Of a stretch of 64,000 nt of DNA, positions 20,020-30,886 are shown in pieces (position 1 is the first letter of the stretch; every line of letters starts with the position of its first letter). This DNA is from Thermoanaerobaculia bacterium. GTDB lineage: Bacteria > Acidobacteriota > Thermoanaerobaculia > Multivoradales > Multivoraceae. Below the pieces are notes generated by a model. The model did no database searches and was not told the DNA's origin. It saw only the letters and a list, made by a program, of their open reading frames with translations. The stretch spans positions 3,328,001 to 3,392,000 of the forward strand of contig OY761158.1 of assembly GCA_963664405.1 (NCBI GenBank). Reading direction: 5' to 3'. The translations under genes were made by a program, and so were the position numbers.

Positions 20020-20984
20020 TGTGCCTGGTCAAAAATCCGATCTGCTTGACCGGCTTGACCTTGCGGCAGTTCCCCAGGCAGTGTCACAGGATGCTGGAAC
20101 TTACGCTCTTGCTCCTTAGGACTGTCGGATCGGCGCTTCGAAGGCGCGGTTACCTCCTCGCCGAGAACCTCGTGCTGAGACACCCACTGGCGGTGCTTCA
20201 ACGTGGGCTTGGACGGCCGCGGCTCCGACAGACGGATCGCCTGTTCTGGGTGCTTGTGCGTAAGTTCTGGAATGGCTGGCAGGGTGCCCTTGTGCTGGTC
20301 CAGCCGGCCACGGTCGTTCGCTGGCATCGACAGGCGTTCAAGAGCTACTGGACTCGGATCTCTCGACGGGGTCGTCGCGGCCGACCCCCGGTGAGTCGCG
20401 AGATTCGCGAGCTCATCCTCCGCATGGCCAAGGCGAATCCGTTGTGGGGCGCTCCTCTCGGATCCACGGCGAACTCCTGAAGCTCGGAATCGAGGTTTCC
20501 CAGAGCACGGTCGGCCGCTTGATACCGCGGCGCGGTAAGCCGCCGTCGCCGAGCTGGCGATCCTTCCTCGACAACCACGTCCCTGAGTTGGCCTCTCTCG
20601 ACTTCTTCACGATCACGGCCACATTCCGCGTACTCTTCGTTGGGGTCGTGCTCAGACATGACCGACGGCGTGTAGTGCACTTCAACGTCACGGAGCACCC
20701 AACGGCGGAATGGACGGCCCAACAGGTCGTCGAGTTCCCTGAGGCCGGTCGGCTCCATCACCACTACGAGCGCCGGGCGGCTTAGCACCGCCAACGGTCA
20801 GTCGTTCCGGTAGCCGAGTCTCGCGTCCGCGCATAGGTTGCCAAGGGTGTCGGATTCTTCACCAGGACCAACGAAAGATTGGCCGATCGATGGGCCACTA
20901 CGAGAAACGGGAACGCGGACCGCGCCGCCGCCGGCCGCCGCTCCCCCGCGTGCGGAGGCGCGGATGGGGTTTTGACCAGACACA
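20020..20984 (+). mobile_element. Defective IS (integrase-core, IS481/IS3-like) with internal deletion
   Basis: Ends TGTGCCTGGTCAAAA and TTTTGACCAGACACA, inner repeat copy near 20850; AENLVLRH, QPATVVRWHR, NPLWGA/RIHGELLKLG, HFNVTEHPTAEWTAQQ joined directly to LHHHYERRAA. Confidence 0.8.
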
Positions 20985-21216
20985 ACACCCGACGCCCTGG
21001 CGGCGGCAGGTTCGGAAATGAGGCCCTTCACGAGGCCGCCTGCATCAAACGCCGGCTAGCCAGACCCTACTCAAGCAGGGCGACCCCTCCGCAGTGCGAT
21101 CGCGTGTTCTATTTCGCCCACTTTTCTTGCAGGAGTCTTGCAATCGACGGAATGGGTCCGGGTCTCTGGCCGCATCGATACGCCGCTAGATCTCTTGTTT
21201 ACAACGAGAACGAACG

Positions 21217-21293
21217 TGGTGCACCCAGAGGGAGTCGAACCCCCAACTTCCTGATCCGTAGTCAGACACTCTATCCAGTTGAGCTATGGGTGC
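21217..21293 (-). tRNA. tRNA-Arg(ACG)
   Basis: GCACCCATAGCTCAACTGGATAGAG...CTGACT-ACG-GATCAG...GGTTCGACTCC...GGGTGCACCA. Confidence 0.96.
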
Positions 21294-21775
21294 TTAGAGC
21301 GGAGCAGATTCTAGAAGAAGCAGACTCCAGAGGCAAGCTCCCATTTGGCACCAGGGTCTGGTGGAAGTAGTAGGGACGAACCATGATCAGTCGCGTTCCT
21401 TTCGCACACCTCGGATTTGGCCTCGGATCTCCCCACTCGGGAAGCCGATGGTGTGAACGTTGACGTACGTAGAACGGGACTTCATCGCGCGCAGGAGCTT
21501 TCCGAGGTCGCCGCCTCCCAGGCCCTGTGCCGGAACGCCGAGAACGTCCGCAGCGACGATCATCCCTGAGATCTCACCTCCCGGCGCGGCTGGGCAGGCG
21601 GGCGCAAGGTCTCCGCCGCACAGAAACGCGGCCACGCCGCCGTTGGCGCCGGCCTGGCCTAGGTGAATGTGCGCCTGAAGCACATCGCTACCCAGGTGCG
21701 ACAGCCTCAGGACGTACTCGAAGGCGCCTCCGTCAGAGACAACCCTCCCTTCAAACTTCCCGCGAGCCCCGCTAA

Positions 21776-23780
21776 GGGTCGGCGCGGAAATAACTTCACA
21801 TTATCGCCGGAGCGTGTGAGGCCGAGGCGCCACAGGGCGGTCGCTGCATTGGAGGTGGTGGTGAGCTGAGCCCAGGCTGTGGGGCAAGCTCTTCCTGCTC
21901 GGTTCGCGGTCTCGGCGAGAGGGTGTAGTTCCACTTTCCTAGGAAGTCGCTCCTGGCCACCGCGAGCTGCAGCATTTCCTTGTCCGATACCCTGACTCCT
22001 TTCTGGTATTGGCGTTGATCACGGCACGGCTCGACGCGCAGTCCGGTGGATGTCGTCGTGTTGCGGACGAGGTTGACGAGGATCTCGAAACTCTCGAGAG
22101 GAACTCCGGCCCAGTTCTTGCTGATCTCGCTGAACATCCTGTGCTCGATGGGATTCCATTTACTGGTGCCAGTTGGATAGTGGGCGACGGTGATGATGAG
22201 GCCGCACTTGTCTACGAGCTTCTCCTGGAGGTACTTCTTCCAGGCTCGAAGCCGTGCGCCGTTGCTTGCGCCGCTGTCGGCAAGAATGAGGAGACGCTGA
22301 GACGCCGGATAGTGAGATCGACCGTATTTGAGCCACCAGGTCGCGATGCTGTTGACAGCGAACTCCGGCGTGTCCGACGACTGTCCGAGGACGAGAACGC
22401 CGAAGTTCCTCTGAAGATCGTAGATCCCATAGGGGGAGGCGATGGCGAGAGCTTCGGACCGGAAGTCGTGATCCTTGACCCGCTTGGCCTCGCGGCACCA
22501 TGTCTGTCCCTGGTTCTTGAACCGACCGATCAGCTCCTTCTTCTTCGTATCGACGCTGATGATCGGGTCGCCAGCGCTTGTGAAATCCTCGCGCAGTCGC
22601 TTGATGGCCTTGAACTGTGCATCACGATCTGGGGAGTTCCCCGAAGACAGACATTTCCTATTGCTCTTGAGGGAATAGTTCAGGTCTGCGAGCAATCGAC
22701 GCACCACCGTAGCCGATACGATGATGTCAAGGCGTTCGGCAAGGCATTGGGCCACCTTTGCAGCGGTCTCGTGCGTCCATCTTTTTGATGACATGGGATC
22801 ACCAGCTATATCGGCCTCGAGTATGGAATGGATTCCATCGACTATCTCGGGCGTTTTTTTTCCACTCGTTGGTTGCCACCGCCTGCTCTTCGAACTCTTC
22901 CGCGCTCCACGGAGCCGCCGAAGAGCTCGCGACGTCCTTTTGCGACTGTATGAGGGTCCAGGTCCAGAAGATCGGCGATCTTCCGGTCGCCGCCATGCCC
23001 GAGCTTGGTCGCTTCCAGGCCAGCGAAGAGCCGCCGCTGGCGTTCGTCTAGCAGGCTGAAGAATAAAACGATGGCAGCCCTGAGCTCCTCGGGGAGCACT
23101 TCTGGAACGAGGCTGGCAGCTACATCCTGGAGAGCCTGCCGTTCGTTGCGCATCAGCTTCTGCTGACGACGGCGCCCTGTTTCCGAGCACAAGTATACGA
23201 ACCTCTTCCCAACTCTGGATCGTACGATTCTCTTGCTACGAACGAGGTGCAACATCGCGTGCTTGACCTCGACCTGCAGCAGGAGCTCGAGTTCAGAAGC
23301 CGTATAGCCGGCAGCGGACCGGTCCACGGCAGCCACCGCAGTTTCGAGGAGGCTGCCATGCCGACTGAACCTCGCCGAACCGCACGACCACAAACCCAGA
23401 TCGTCGAAATCGGGAATCTCGTTCAAGGTATAGAACCGCCCTCGATCCGAGTAGCTGGCCAAATAGCCCAATCGAGACAGCGAACGGTAGACCGTCATGG
23501 TGGCTCGGGTTCCCATGGCGTCCTTGAGCTCATCCATGGTGGCCATCTGTTCGCTCATCAAGAGCTCGCGCACTGTTGCATCACGATCTTCGGCTCGTAC
23601 CATTTGGTATAGTTCCCCTTCCAAAAGAGGTGACAGGGAAAACTATACCAAATGCGGGCAGGGCTATGCTAGCTCTAAACCTTGCAAACAAGGCGCGTAC
23701 CGGAGGATTATGCGGTGGCTGAAGAAGGGGGCAGTGGTATGGTCACCCCAGATACTGGAAACTTATTTCCGCGCCGACCC
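21776..23780 (-). mobile_element. ISAzo13-family insertion sequence
   Basis: Perfect 18-bp terminal inverted repeats GGGTCGGCGCGGAAATAA; flanks TAA and TTA; frameshifted transposase inside. Confidence 0.92.
21796..23624 (-). CDS. ISAzo13 transposase, orfA (22842-23624) + orfB joined by -1 frameshift
   Basis: LDERQRRLFAGLE in orfA; A8 run at ~22854-22861; ISVDTKKKELIG, HDF, ADSGASNG, SKWNPIEHRMFS in orfB. Confidence 0.88.
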
Positions 23781-24076
23781 TTAGGACTACCGGAACCTCT
23801 TCGTGGCCCGACAGCCGGGCGCTGAGGTGAGCCAGCGACCGCTCTTCTGCAGCGCCAAGGAAAGATGTGCACATGAACGTCGCAGCCATGACAACAAGGA
23901 TGAGCATCGATCTCGATAGTTTCACCGGCAGACTCCTTTCCGAACCCATTAGAATATAGAAATGTCATTATAGCATAAATATGGCCTTCGGGGAGCTCGA
24001 CGTGAACCTCATAAAACTCTAGTCTAGCTCAGCGCATCGGCATGAAACATGTCGCCGCAGCATCACAGGCGTACCT

Positions 24077-24329
24077 CTAGGAACGTCTGGCCGGCCGTTC
24101 AGGGTGCCCCGGATCGCCGCAGCGCAGGAACGAGGCGACGCAGCCGTACTCTGGCGTACTCCTAGGAGCCGATCGACCCTTCACTCTGGCTGGCTGGATG
24201 GCCGGAGGAAATCCGAATGCGCCGTCCTCGGCGCCATGTTCCGCATCCGGAGAAAGTGATACCGATCACTTCCGTAGGATGCGACGAGCACGCGGTGAGG
24301 TGGGGTGCCCTGGGCGGCCGGCAGGCTAG
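24077..24329. repeat. Composite MITE/REP-like element bounded by CTAG
   Basis: Imperfect terminal inverted repeats GCCGGCCGTTCAGGGTGCCCC / GGGGTGCCCTGGGCGGCCGGC with nested GCGCCGTCCTCGGCGCC unit. Confidence 0.65.
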
Positions 24330-25126
24330 TCGATCAGGCCTTCGATAGGCGACGAGGCGGTCGCGTAGAGCTTCATCGGAATACGCCCGGCTCGGCGCGC
24401 CAGCCACCCGCCTTCGATCGCGAGCTTCATCGCACGCGCCATCGCAACCGGATCTTTCGCGCCGGCGACGCCGGTGTTCATGAGTACGCCGTCGGCTCCA
24501 AGCTCCATCGCGATGGCGGCGTCGGAAGCTGTGCCGACGCCGGCATCGACAATCACCGGCACCCCCGCCTGCTCGACGATGATCCGAATATTCGTCGGGT
24601 TGCGAATACCCATGCCCGATCCGATCGGAGCCCCGAGAGGCATTACTGCAGCCGCGCCGAGCTCTTCCAATTTTCGACACATGATCGGGTCGTCATTGGT
24701 GTAGGGAAGGACGACGAAGTCTTCGTTGACCAGTGTCTCGGTGGCCTTGAGAAGCTCCACATTGTCGGGAAAGAGGGTCTTCTCGTCGCCTATCACTTCA
24801 AGCTTCACCCAGTTCCAGCCCCCGAGCTCTCGGGCGAGGCGCGCGGTGCGCACCGCGGCGTCGGCGGTGTAGCACCCAGCAGTGTTGGGAAGCAGATGGT
24901 AGCGAGAGGGGTCGATCTGATCGATGAGCGAAGTGCTACCGAGCTCATCTAGATTCACCCGACGAAGCGCCACGGTGATCATGCCAGTGCCTGATGCTTC
25001 GAAGGCTTGCTTCATCACCTCGGCGTCGTCGTACTTGCCGGTACCCAGAATGAGCCGCGAAGAAAAGGTGTGACCGGCGATCTCGAGAGGCTCGACTTCC
25101 AAAGACGAGCGGTTCTCTTCGGTCAT
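24326..25126 (-). CDS. thiG: Thiazole synthase
   Basis: [40 protein letters not shown]. Confidence 0.96.
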   Translation of the reverse strand: MTEENRSSLEVEPLEIAGHTFSSRLILGTGKYDDAEVMKQAFEASGTGMITVALRRVNLDELGSTSLIDQIDPSRYHLLPNTAGCYTADAAVRTARLARELGGWNWVKLEVIGDEKTLFPDNVELLKATETLVNEDFVVLPYTNDDPIMCRKLEELGAAAVMPLGAPIGSGMGIRNPTNIRIIVEQAGVPVIVDAGVGTASDAAIAMELGADGVLMNTGVAGAKDPVAMARAMKLAIEGGWLARRAGRIPMKLYATASSPIEGLID

Positions 25127-25788
25127 ATCGATCCCTCCGCGCTGAAGGAGCCCATCGGTACGTAGTACTGCGTTCCCCGAATCGGGCGTACGAGTTGGTT
25201 CACCAGCTCCTCCAAGTCCCGCTCACGATGAGCGAAGTCCAAATGCCGCGTGTCGACGACGAGCAGCGGTGACGCATCATAGTGGTAGTAGTAGTGATTG
25301 TAAGCATCGATGAGCTCGCCAACATACTCTTCCGAGATACTCCTCTCAGCTTTCATCTGACGTCTCCGGATCCGCTCCATGCAGGTAGGAACATCGGCGG
25401 TGAGAAAGAGCACCAGGTCCGGCTTGGGCACCTGCGGCTCGAGAAGAAGAAAGAGCTTCTCGAAGAGCATGAGCTCGGTATCGGACAGGTTGATGTAGGC
25501 AAAGATGCGATTCTTCTGGAATGCGTAGTCCGCTAGCACCAGACGATTGAAGAGCTCGGGCTGAATCAGATCCTGCTGTTGCTTGAAGCGGGAGAGGAGG
25601 AAGTAGAGCTCGGTCTGAAACGACGCTCCCGGCGTGTCGCGGTAGAAGTCCTCGAGAAAAGGGTTCTCGATGTCTTCGAGAACCTTCACCCCCTCGAAGC
25701 GCTCAGCGAGTCTGTCGACGAGCGTCGTCTTACCCGCGCCGATCGGGCCGTCGACGGTCAGGTATCGGAAGGGAAGGGAGTCGGCCAA
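25123..25788 (-). CDS. Deoxynucleoside kinase
   Basis: [35 protein letters not shown]. Confidence 0.88.
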   Translation of the reverse strand: MADSLPFRYLTVDGPIGAGKTTLVDRLAERFEGVKVLEDIENPFLEDFYRDTPGASFQTELYFLLSRFKQQQDLIQPELFNRLVLADYAFQKNRIFAYINLSDTELMLFEKLFLLLEPQVPKPDLVLFLTADVPTCMERIRRRQMKAERSISEEYVGELIDAYNHYYYHYDASPLLVVDTRHLDFAHRERDLEELVNQLVRPIRGTQYYVPMGSFSAEGSI

Positions 25789-25824
25789 AGGCTGTGCTTG
25801 GCTAGATCGGGGGCCCGAGAAGCC

Positions 25825-26943
25825 CTAGACCGCCGCCGCCTCCAGCGGCTGGTAGAGCGTGTCTCTCTGGATCGGGACGTAACCGGCATCGCGAATGACC
25901 CGCTCGATCGCCTCGCGCTTCATAACCTCTCCCGACGAAGCACCGGCCATCTGGTAGATGTTCTCCTCCAGAACCGTGCCATCGAGGTCGTCGGCGCCGA
26001 AGCTCAGTGCGACCTGGGCCAGTCTGGGCGAGATCATGACCCAGTAGGCCTTGATATGGGGGATGTTGTCGAGGACCAAGCGGGCGGTTGCGATGTGGCG
26101 AAGATCTTCGAGGCCTGTGGTGTGATGAACCAGCCCCAGGTAGTTGTTCTCCGGGTGGTAGGCAAGCGGAATGAAGGCGTTGAACCCACCGGACTCTTGC
26201 TGCAGCGATCGCAAACGCATCAGATGGTCGACCTTGTGCCGCGGCTCTTCGACGTGGCCATAGAGCATTGTGCAGTTGGAGGTGATGCCCATGCCATGAG
26301 CCACGCGGTGAACCTCGAGCCACTCCTCTGCGTCGAGCTTCCCGTCGCAGATCACCTCACGAATCTCGGCGTCGAAGATCTCCGCGCCACCGCCGGGAAG
26401 CGAACCAAGCCCGGCGTCTCGAAGTCTCTGGAGGACCTCGCGGATGGTCAATTTCTCGCGCTGCGCGAACCAGCCGATCTCGATCGAGGTGAAGGCCTTG
26501 AGGTGAGCATCGGGGTAGCGCTCCTTCAGACCACGCAGCATCTCTTCGTACCACGACATCGGCAGCTCCGGGTGGAGGCCGCCGACGATGTGAAACTCGG
26601 TGACCGAGTTACCGCCCTGGCGAGCGGCGTGCTCGTAGACCTCTTCGTGACTCATCTGCCAGGCGTGCTCCTCGCCCGGAAGCGCGGCGAAGCTGCAGAA
26701 CTTGCAGTTGTAGGTGTAGACACAGATGTTGGTCGGGTTGATGTGCCGATTGACGTTGTAATACACCGCGTCGCCGTTCAGCCGGCGGCGCAGATGGTTG
26801 GCCATTCTGCCCAGATGAAGGAGGTGAGGGGTCTCGAAGCAGACCAACGCATCCGCGGCGTCGAAGCTCTCACCGGCCTCGACCTTGGCGGCCAACGGCT
26901 CCAGATCGGCGGGAAAGGTGCGGGGATCGAGTACGTCTGTCAC
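25825..26943 (-). CDS. mqnE: Aminofutalosine synthase (radical SAM)
   Basis: NRHINPTNICVYTYNCKFCSF, EFHIVGGLHP, LPGGGAEIF, HIKAYW, FGADDLDGT. Confidence 0.88.
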   Translation of the reverse strand: MTDVLDPRTFPADLEPLAAKVEAGESFDAADALVCFETPHLLHLGRMANHLRRRLNGDAVYYNVNRHINPTNICVYTYNCKFCSFAALPGEEHAWQMSHEEVYEHAARQGGNSVTEFHIVGGLHPELPMSWYEEMLRGLKERYPDAHLKAFTSIEIGWFAQREKLTIREVLQRLRDAGLGSLPGGGAEIFDAEIREVICDGKLDAEEWLEVHRVAHGMGITSNCTMLYGHVEEPRHKVDHLMRLRSLQQESGGFNAFIPLAYHPENNYLGLVHHTTGLEDLRHIATARLVLDNIPHIKAYWVMISPRLAQVALSFGADDLDGTVLEENIYQMAGASSGEVMKREAIERVIRDAGYVPIQRDTLYQPLEAAAV

Positions 26944-27815
26944 AGCAGGACTATATCAACGGCGGAGGCGACAAAGAGCCAAACCGCAAGTGCGCCGTTG
27001 GCCTGGAAAAAGGCTGCGTTCAGACGACTCAGATCGGTCGGTCGAACCACCCAATGTTGAAAGAAGAGAAGGGCGGCGCAGCCGCCGACACCGACCCAGT
27101 ACGCAGCCGCCAGAACGCCCGGGTGCACGACGGGAAGGACTCCGAGAGCAACCAGCATGCCGAGGTGCAAAAGTGCCGAGATCCATAGCGCCCCCGCGAC
27201 TCCAAAGCGGACCGGGATCGAGTGAAGGCCGCGTGCCTTGTCGAAGTCTTGGTCTTGGAGTGCATAGAGGACATCGAATCCCGCTACCCAAAGAAGCACT
27301 GCAAGGGCCAACACCAAGCCGCCGGTCTCGACCCTGCCGGCAACGGCGATCCAGGCCCCGAGTGGAGCTGCCGAGATTCCCAGGCCGAGCACCAAGTGGG
27401 ATACCGCCGTGAAACGCTTGGTATAGGAGTACAGCAGGACGACAGCGATGGCCACCGGCGACAGCTTCAATGGCAGCGGCCCGAGCTGCCAAGCAGCGAC
27501 GAGCAGAAGTGCGAGGCTAGCGGCGACAAAGGCTGCGGTTGCGGCCGGAGAGAGGAGCCCGGCCGGGAGCTCTCGGTTGGCCGTCCTCGGGTTGGCCGCA
27601 TCGATATGCCGGTCGACCAAGCGGTTGAAGCCCATCGCTGCGCTGCGCGCCCCCACCATGGCGACGACAATCCAGCCAACCACTCCCCAGCGCGGCCAAC
27701 CTCGCGCCGCCAGCATCATGCCGAGGAAGGCGAAGGGGAGAGCGAACACCGTGTGCTCGAACTTGATCATCGCCAGGAAGGTACGAAGGCGCACGCCAGA
27801 CCCGCTAGTCGTCAC
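26940..27815 (-). CDS. ubiA: UbiA-family prenyltransferase (MqnP-like)
   Basis: IKFEHTVFALPF, NRLVDRHIDAANPRT, YSYTKRF, FDVLYALQD. Confidence 0.9.
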   Translation of the reverse strand: MTTSGSGVRLRTFLAMIKFEHTVFALPFAFLGMMLAARGWPRWGVVGWIVVAMVGARSAAMGFNRLVDRHIDAANPRTANRELPAGLLSPAATAAFVAASLALLLVAAWQLGPLPLKLSPVAIAVVLLYSYTKRFTAVSHLVLGLGISAAPLGAWIAVAGRVETGGLVLALAVLLWVAGFDVLYALQDQDFDKARGLHSIPVRFGVAGALWISALLHLGMLVALGVLPVVHPGVLAAAYWVGVGGCAALLFFQHWVVRPTDLSRLNAAFFQANGALAVWLFVASAVDIVLL

Positions 27816-28443
27816 TCCGACCTCCCTGCCAGCGCAACTCCTTGCCACCCACTGCCGCCAATCCAGCAGCATCGAGCAGCCGAAGAACGTAGGCGTCGAG
27901 AAAGCGGCCGAGATCCTCGCCGCCCACGTAGAAGGCTGGGATCGGCGGCAAGAGGATCGCCCCGGCATAGATCAAGCGACGCATATTTTCGACGTGCACT
28001 AGATTGAACGGGGTTTCACGAAAACCCAGGATCAGAGGCCATCTTTCTTTCAGCGCTACCAGGCCGCCCCGATGAATGAGATTCGTCGCGGTACCCGAGG
28101 CGAGGGCACCCAAAGTACCCGAGCTACACGGCACGATCAATGTCGCTCCGAGGCGGTAGGAGCCCGACGCTATCTCGGCGTCCAGCTCTTCGTTCTCGTG
28201 CAAACGGAGGCGACCGTCGAGATCACCCTTGATGCCCGCGGCCGCGACCAAGCGCGCGGCGGCGCCCGAGCCGGCGCCTCCAGTCTCGACCTCGGCCAAC
28301 TCGTGCCGAAGCACCTTTCCGGCGCCCCGTGAGACCACCAAATGAAGGCTCTCGATGTCGCTGAGCTTGGCCAATGCGCGCAACACGTGGATGGGGAGGA
28401 GCATCCCGGAAGCACCGGTCACCAAAAGGGCCACTCGGCTCAT
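27805..28443 (-). CDS. ubiX: Flavin prenyltransferase
   Basis: VTGASG, IASGS, PCSSGTL, LKERWPL...RETP, PPIPAFY. Confidence 0.92.
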   Translation of the reverse strand: MSRVALLVTGASGMLLPIHVLRALAKLSDIESLHLVVSRGAGKVLRHELAEVETGGAGSGAAARLVAAAGIKGDLDGRLRLHENEELDAEIASGSYRLGATLIVPCSSGTLGALASGTATNLIHRGGLVALKERWPLILGFRETPFNLVHVENMRRLIYAGAILLPPIPAFYVGGEDLGRFLDAYVLRLLDAAGLAAVGGKELRWQGGRSDD

Positions 28444-28678
28444 GCGAGCATGGTAGCAACTGTGCCTCGGGCTCCGAGGATGACGACCTGCGCGGCCGTT
28501 TCGCGGCTCCGTGCTACACTCAGGTTCTCCAGGAGGGGCCCTACCATTTCTCGGCCCCACCCCTCGTAAGCGCGAATTGATCGCACAAGAAACTTCGGAC
28601 ATCCGTCCTGGAACTGGAATCCGAGCATTCCGGCCCTGCCCTGCTTAGTAGCGGCAGGCCGATCTATGGAGGCATTTA

Positions 28679-30079
28679 GTGAGCCCCTGGTGGAAGAAAC
28701 CAACCGAAGAAGCAATGGCAGACGCCGGCTTCGAAACCATCGACCGAAGGGAGGAAGCGGCGCCGCCACTTCCGACTCCCGACGACCAACCGCAATCATC
28801 AATCGAGCCCGAGCTCGAAACAACCAAGCCTGACCTCGAAGCTAGGGTCGAAGGCCCTATCACCGCCGCCGACCAGATCGCCGACGCCATCGCCGACGCC
28901 CCTGAGGGCGAAGAGGAGGCACCCAAGCCACGCCCGCGCCGACGCCCTCGGCGCCGGAGCCCGGCTACCAGGACCGACGATATGAACGGCGACGAGAAGC
29001 AGGCGGACGCCGGCAGCGACACTAGCTCCACGGATCAACCCGACGACACTTCCGCAGCGAAGGGCACGCCGGCACGGGCACCGGCAAAGAAGACGGCCGC
29101 CAAAAGAAAGGCGCCGGCAAAGAAGGCGACGGCTCGAAAGAGGGCTCCTGCCAGGAAGGAGCCGGCCGCAAGAGCGGAACCCAAGACGAGAGAGCCCGCC
29201 CCCGAGCGACCGAGCAGCCCGGTCCCCCGCCCCCTCATAGCCGACAGCGACAGCTCCATCGCTCAGCTCGCCGAAGCGATCCGAGAGGCATTCACTGCGG
29301 CTCCTGCGCGCAGCGGGGAGGATGCCGACGAGCGCAAGATCGCGCTCTTTTGCGACCTCGAGAACATTGCCCTCGGTGTGCGCGACTCGGACGTCAAAAA
29401 GTTCGATATCGACCTCGTCCTGGAGCGCCTGCTCGAAAAGGGCAAGATCATCGTCAAGAAGGCCTATGCCGATTGGCAGCGTTACAGCGAGTTCAAGAAG
29501 CCGCTGCACTCAAGCGGCATCGAGCTCATCGACATCCCTCAGAAGTACTACTCAGGCAAGAACAGCGCAGATATCAAGATGGTGGTCGATGCGCTCGAGA
29601 TGTCGTTCTCCAAGGAGCATCTCGACACTTTCGTGTTGCTCTCGGGCGACAGCGATTTCACTCCCCTGGTTCACAAGCTCAAGGAAAACAACAAGCACGT
29701 AATCTGTGTCGGAGTGAAAAGCTCCTCTTCCAAGCTGCTGATCGACAACTGCGACGAATTCATCTACTACGAGGACATCTGGCGCGACAGTCAGCAGGCC
29801 CCAAAGCTGGAGGGGCTCGACGAAAAGGCCGAGGAGATCTTCTTACTCATGAACGACGCCATTCAGGCTTTGTTGCGTGAGAACAAGACGGTGCTCTGGG
29901 GCTCCATGGTCAAACAGACGATGCAACGCAAGCGGCCCTCTTTCAATGAGGGCTACTACGGCTACCGCACCTTCTCCGACGTTCTCGAGGACGCAGAGCG
30001 CAAGGGCATCCTCCATCTAAAGAAAGACACCCGTTCAGGGAGCTACATCATCGCGGGACTCGGACCGCAGTCGACGTAG
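28679..30079 (+). CDS. NYN-domain ribonuclease with OST-HTH/LOTUS C-terminus and disordered basic N-terminus
   Basis: ALFCDLEN, KAYADW, GKNSADIKMVVDA, SGDSDF; FNEGYYGYRTFS; PAKK repeats. Confidence 0.85.
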   Translation: MSPWWKKPTEEAMADAGFETIDRREEAAPPLPTPDDQPQSSIEPELETTKPDLEARVEGPITAADQIADAIADAPEGEEEAPKPRPRRRPRRRSPATRTDDMNGDEKQADAGSDTSSTDQPDDTSAAKGTPARAPAKKTAAKRKAPAKKATARKRAPARKEPAARAEPKTREPAPERPSSPVPRPLIADSDSSIAQLAEAIREAFTAAPARSGEDADERKIALFCDLENIALGVRDSDVKKFDIDLVLERLLEKGKIIVKKAYADWQRYSEFKKPLHSSGIELIDIPQKYYSGKNSADIKMVVDALEMSFSKEHLDTFVLLSGDSDFTPLVHKLKENNKHVICVGVKSSSSKLLIDNCDEFIYYEDIWRDSQQAPKLEGLDEKAEEIFLLMNDAIQALLRENKTVLWGSMVKQTMQRKRPSFNEGYYGYRTFSDVLEDAERKGILHLKKDTRSGSYIIAGLGPQST

Positions 30080-30110
30080 CGAAGCTCAGCCGGTAGCGAG
30101 GCCCGAGGGT

Positions 30111-30225
30111 CCTGGCCGGGGAACGTGCCGCAGGGCCGTTCCCCGGGGCTACGTCGGAGGAGCCGAGCGACGAGCACGGGGGCGCCTAGCCGCGGTGAGG
30201 TGGAGTGCCCTGGACGGCCGGCTAG
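30111..30225. repeat. Composite REP-like repeat between convergent genes
   Basis: GCCGGGGAACGTGCCGCAGGGCCGTTCCCCGGGGCTA (like 37397-37433) and CGGTGAGGTGGAGTGCCCTGG (like 24293, 37312). Confidence 0.65.
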
Positions 30226-30713
30226 GCCTCTGGCCTGGTCCAGCCTGCACCGTCGCGCACCAGGCCTTCTCGCTCCAAGGACTCTCCGAGGACGTCGAGG
30301 AAGCGATGGCTGCGGCGTACCACTGCGAGATTGAGAAAGAACTCGCGCGCTCGCCCGCGCGATTCGATGACGAAGCGGAGCGATTGGGTGCCGGGGCGCG
30401 GTGCGCAGGCGAGAACCGTGTCGAATGCAATGCGTCGAGGCTTGAAGGTGTGCAAAGGCTGGTGACCGAATCCGACCTCGTCGATCTCGACGGCAGGACG
30501 GCCGGCGGTCCACCAGATCTTGAGTAGGCTCACCCAGAACAGCAATCCGTATCCGAGCAATACGGCGAAGGCCTTACCGAGAAACCCGTCGTCAGGGGAG
30601 CGAAGGAGCCAAGCCGATACACCGAGAACGGTGATCGCGCCGACCCCCCACAACATTGCGGTACGGCAGGTGGAGCGCACCCAGGGGCGGAACGCAAAGG
30701 CCTCGCGGCTCAT
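30222..30713 (-). CDS. Hypothetical membrane protein (2 TM + soluble domain)
   Basis: AGG-like RBS context, two hydrophobic helices, co-oriented with tsaD. Confidence 0.65.
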   Translation of the reverse strand: MSREAFAFRPWVRSTCRTAMLWGVGAITVLGVSAWLLRSPDDGFLGKAFAVLLGYGLLFWVSLLKIWWTAGRPAVEIDEVGFGHQPLHTFKPRRIAFDTVLACAPRPGTQSLRFVIESRGRAREFFLNLAVVRRSHRFLDVLGESLEREGLVRDGAGWTRPEA

Positions 30714-30727
30714 TCAAGGAGCACCTA

Positions 30728-30886
30728 GACCAGCGTTTCCAAAGTTCGCGCACATATCTCGGCCCCTTCTGTCCGCTGACGGCGTTTCGCCTCCTCGACA
30801 TATTGCCCAATATGCCTGCGTCGGCGCGCCTGGCCAGCGAACAGAATGAACTCGAGCTATGTACACGAACTTTGGAAACGCTGGTC
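30728..30886. mobile_element. 159-bp MITE with TA flanks
   Basis: 29-bp terminal inverted repeats GACCAGCGTTTCCAAAGTTCGYGYACATA (27/29), TA on both sides. Confidence 0.85.

Larger units (their letters stand above)
21387..23925 (-). pseudogene. Secreted CHRD-domain protein split by ISAzo13 insertion
   Basis: Signal peptide and LSGHEEVPVVL at 23781-23925; SGARGKFEG...QAHIHLGQ...YVNVHT...GEIRGQI at 21387-21775. Confidence 0.85.

Noticed and set aside
20985-21293. Defined genomic island integrated at tRNA-Arg
   Set aside because: No duplicated tRNA 3' end or tyrosine integrase found within the window
25579-27060. Long antisense ORFs (also 11584-12753, 14190-15212, 53965-55203, 55158-56483)
   Set aside because: Shadow frames of well-supported genes, expected in high-GC DNA; no motifs
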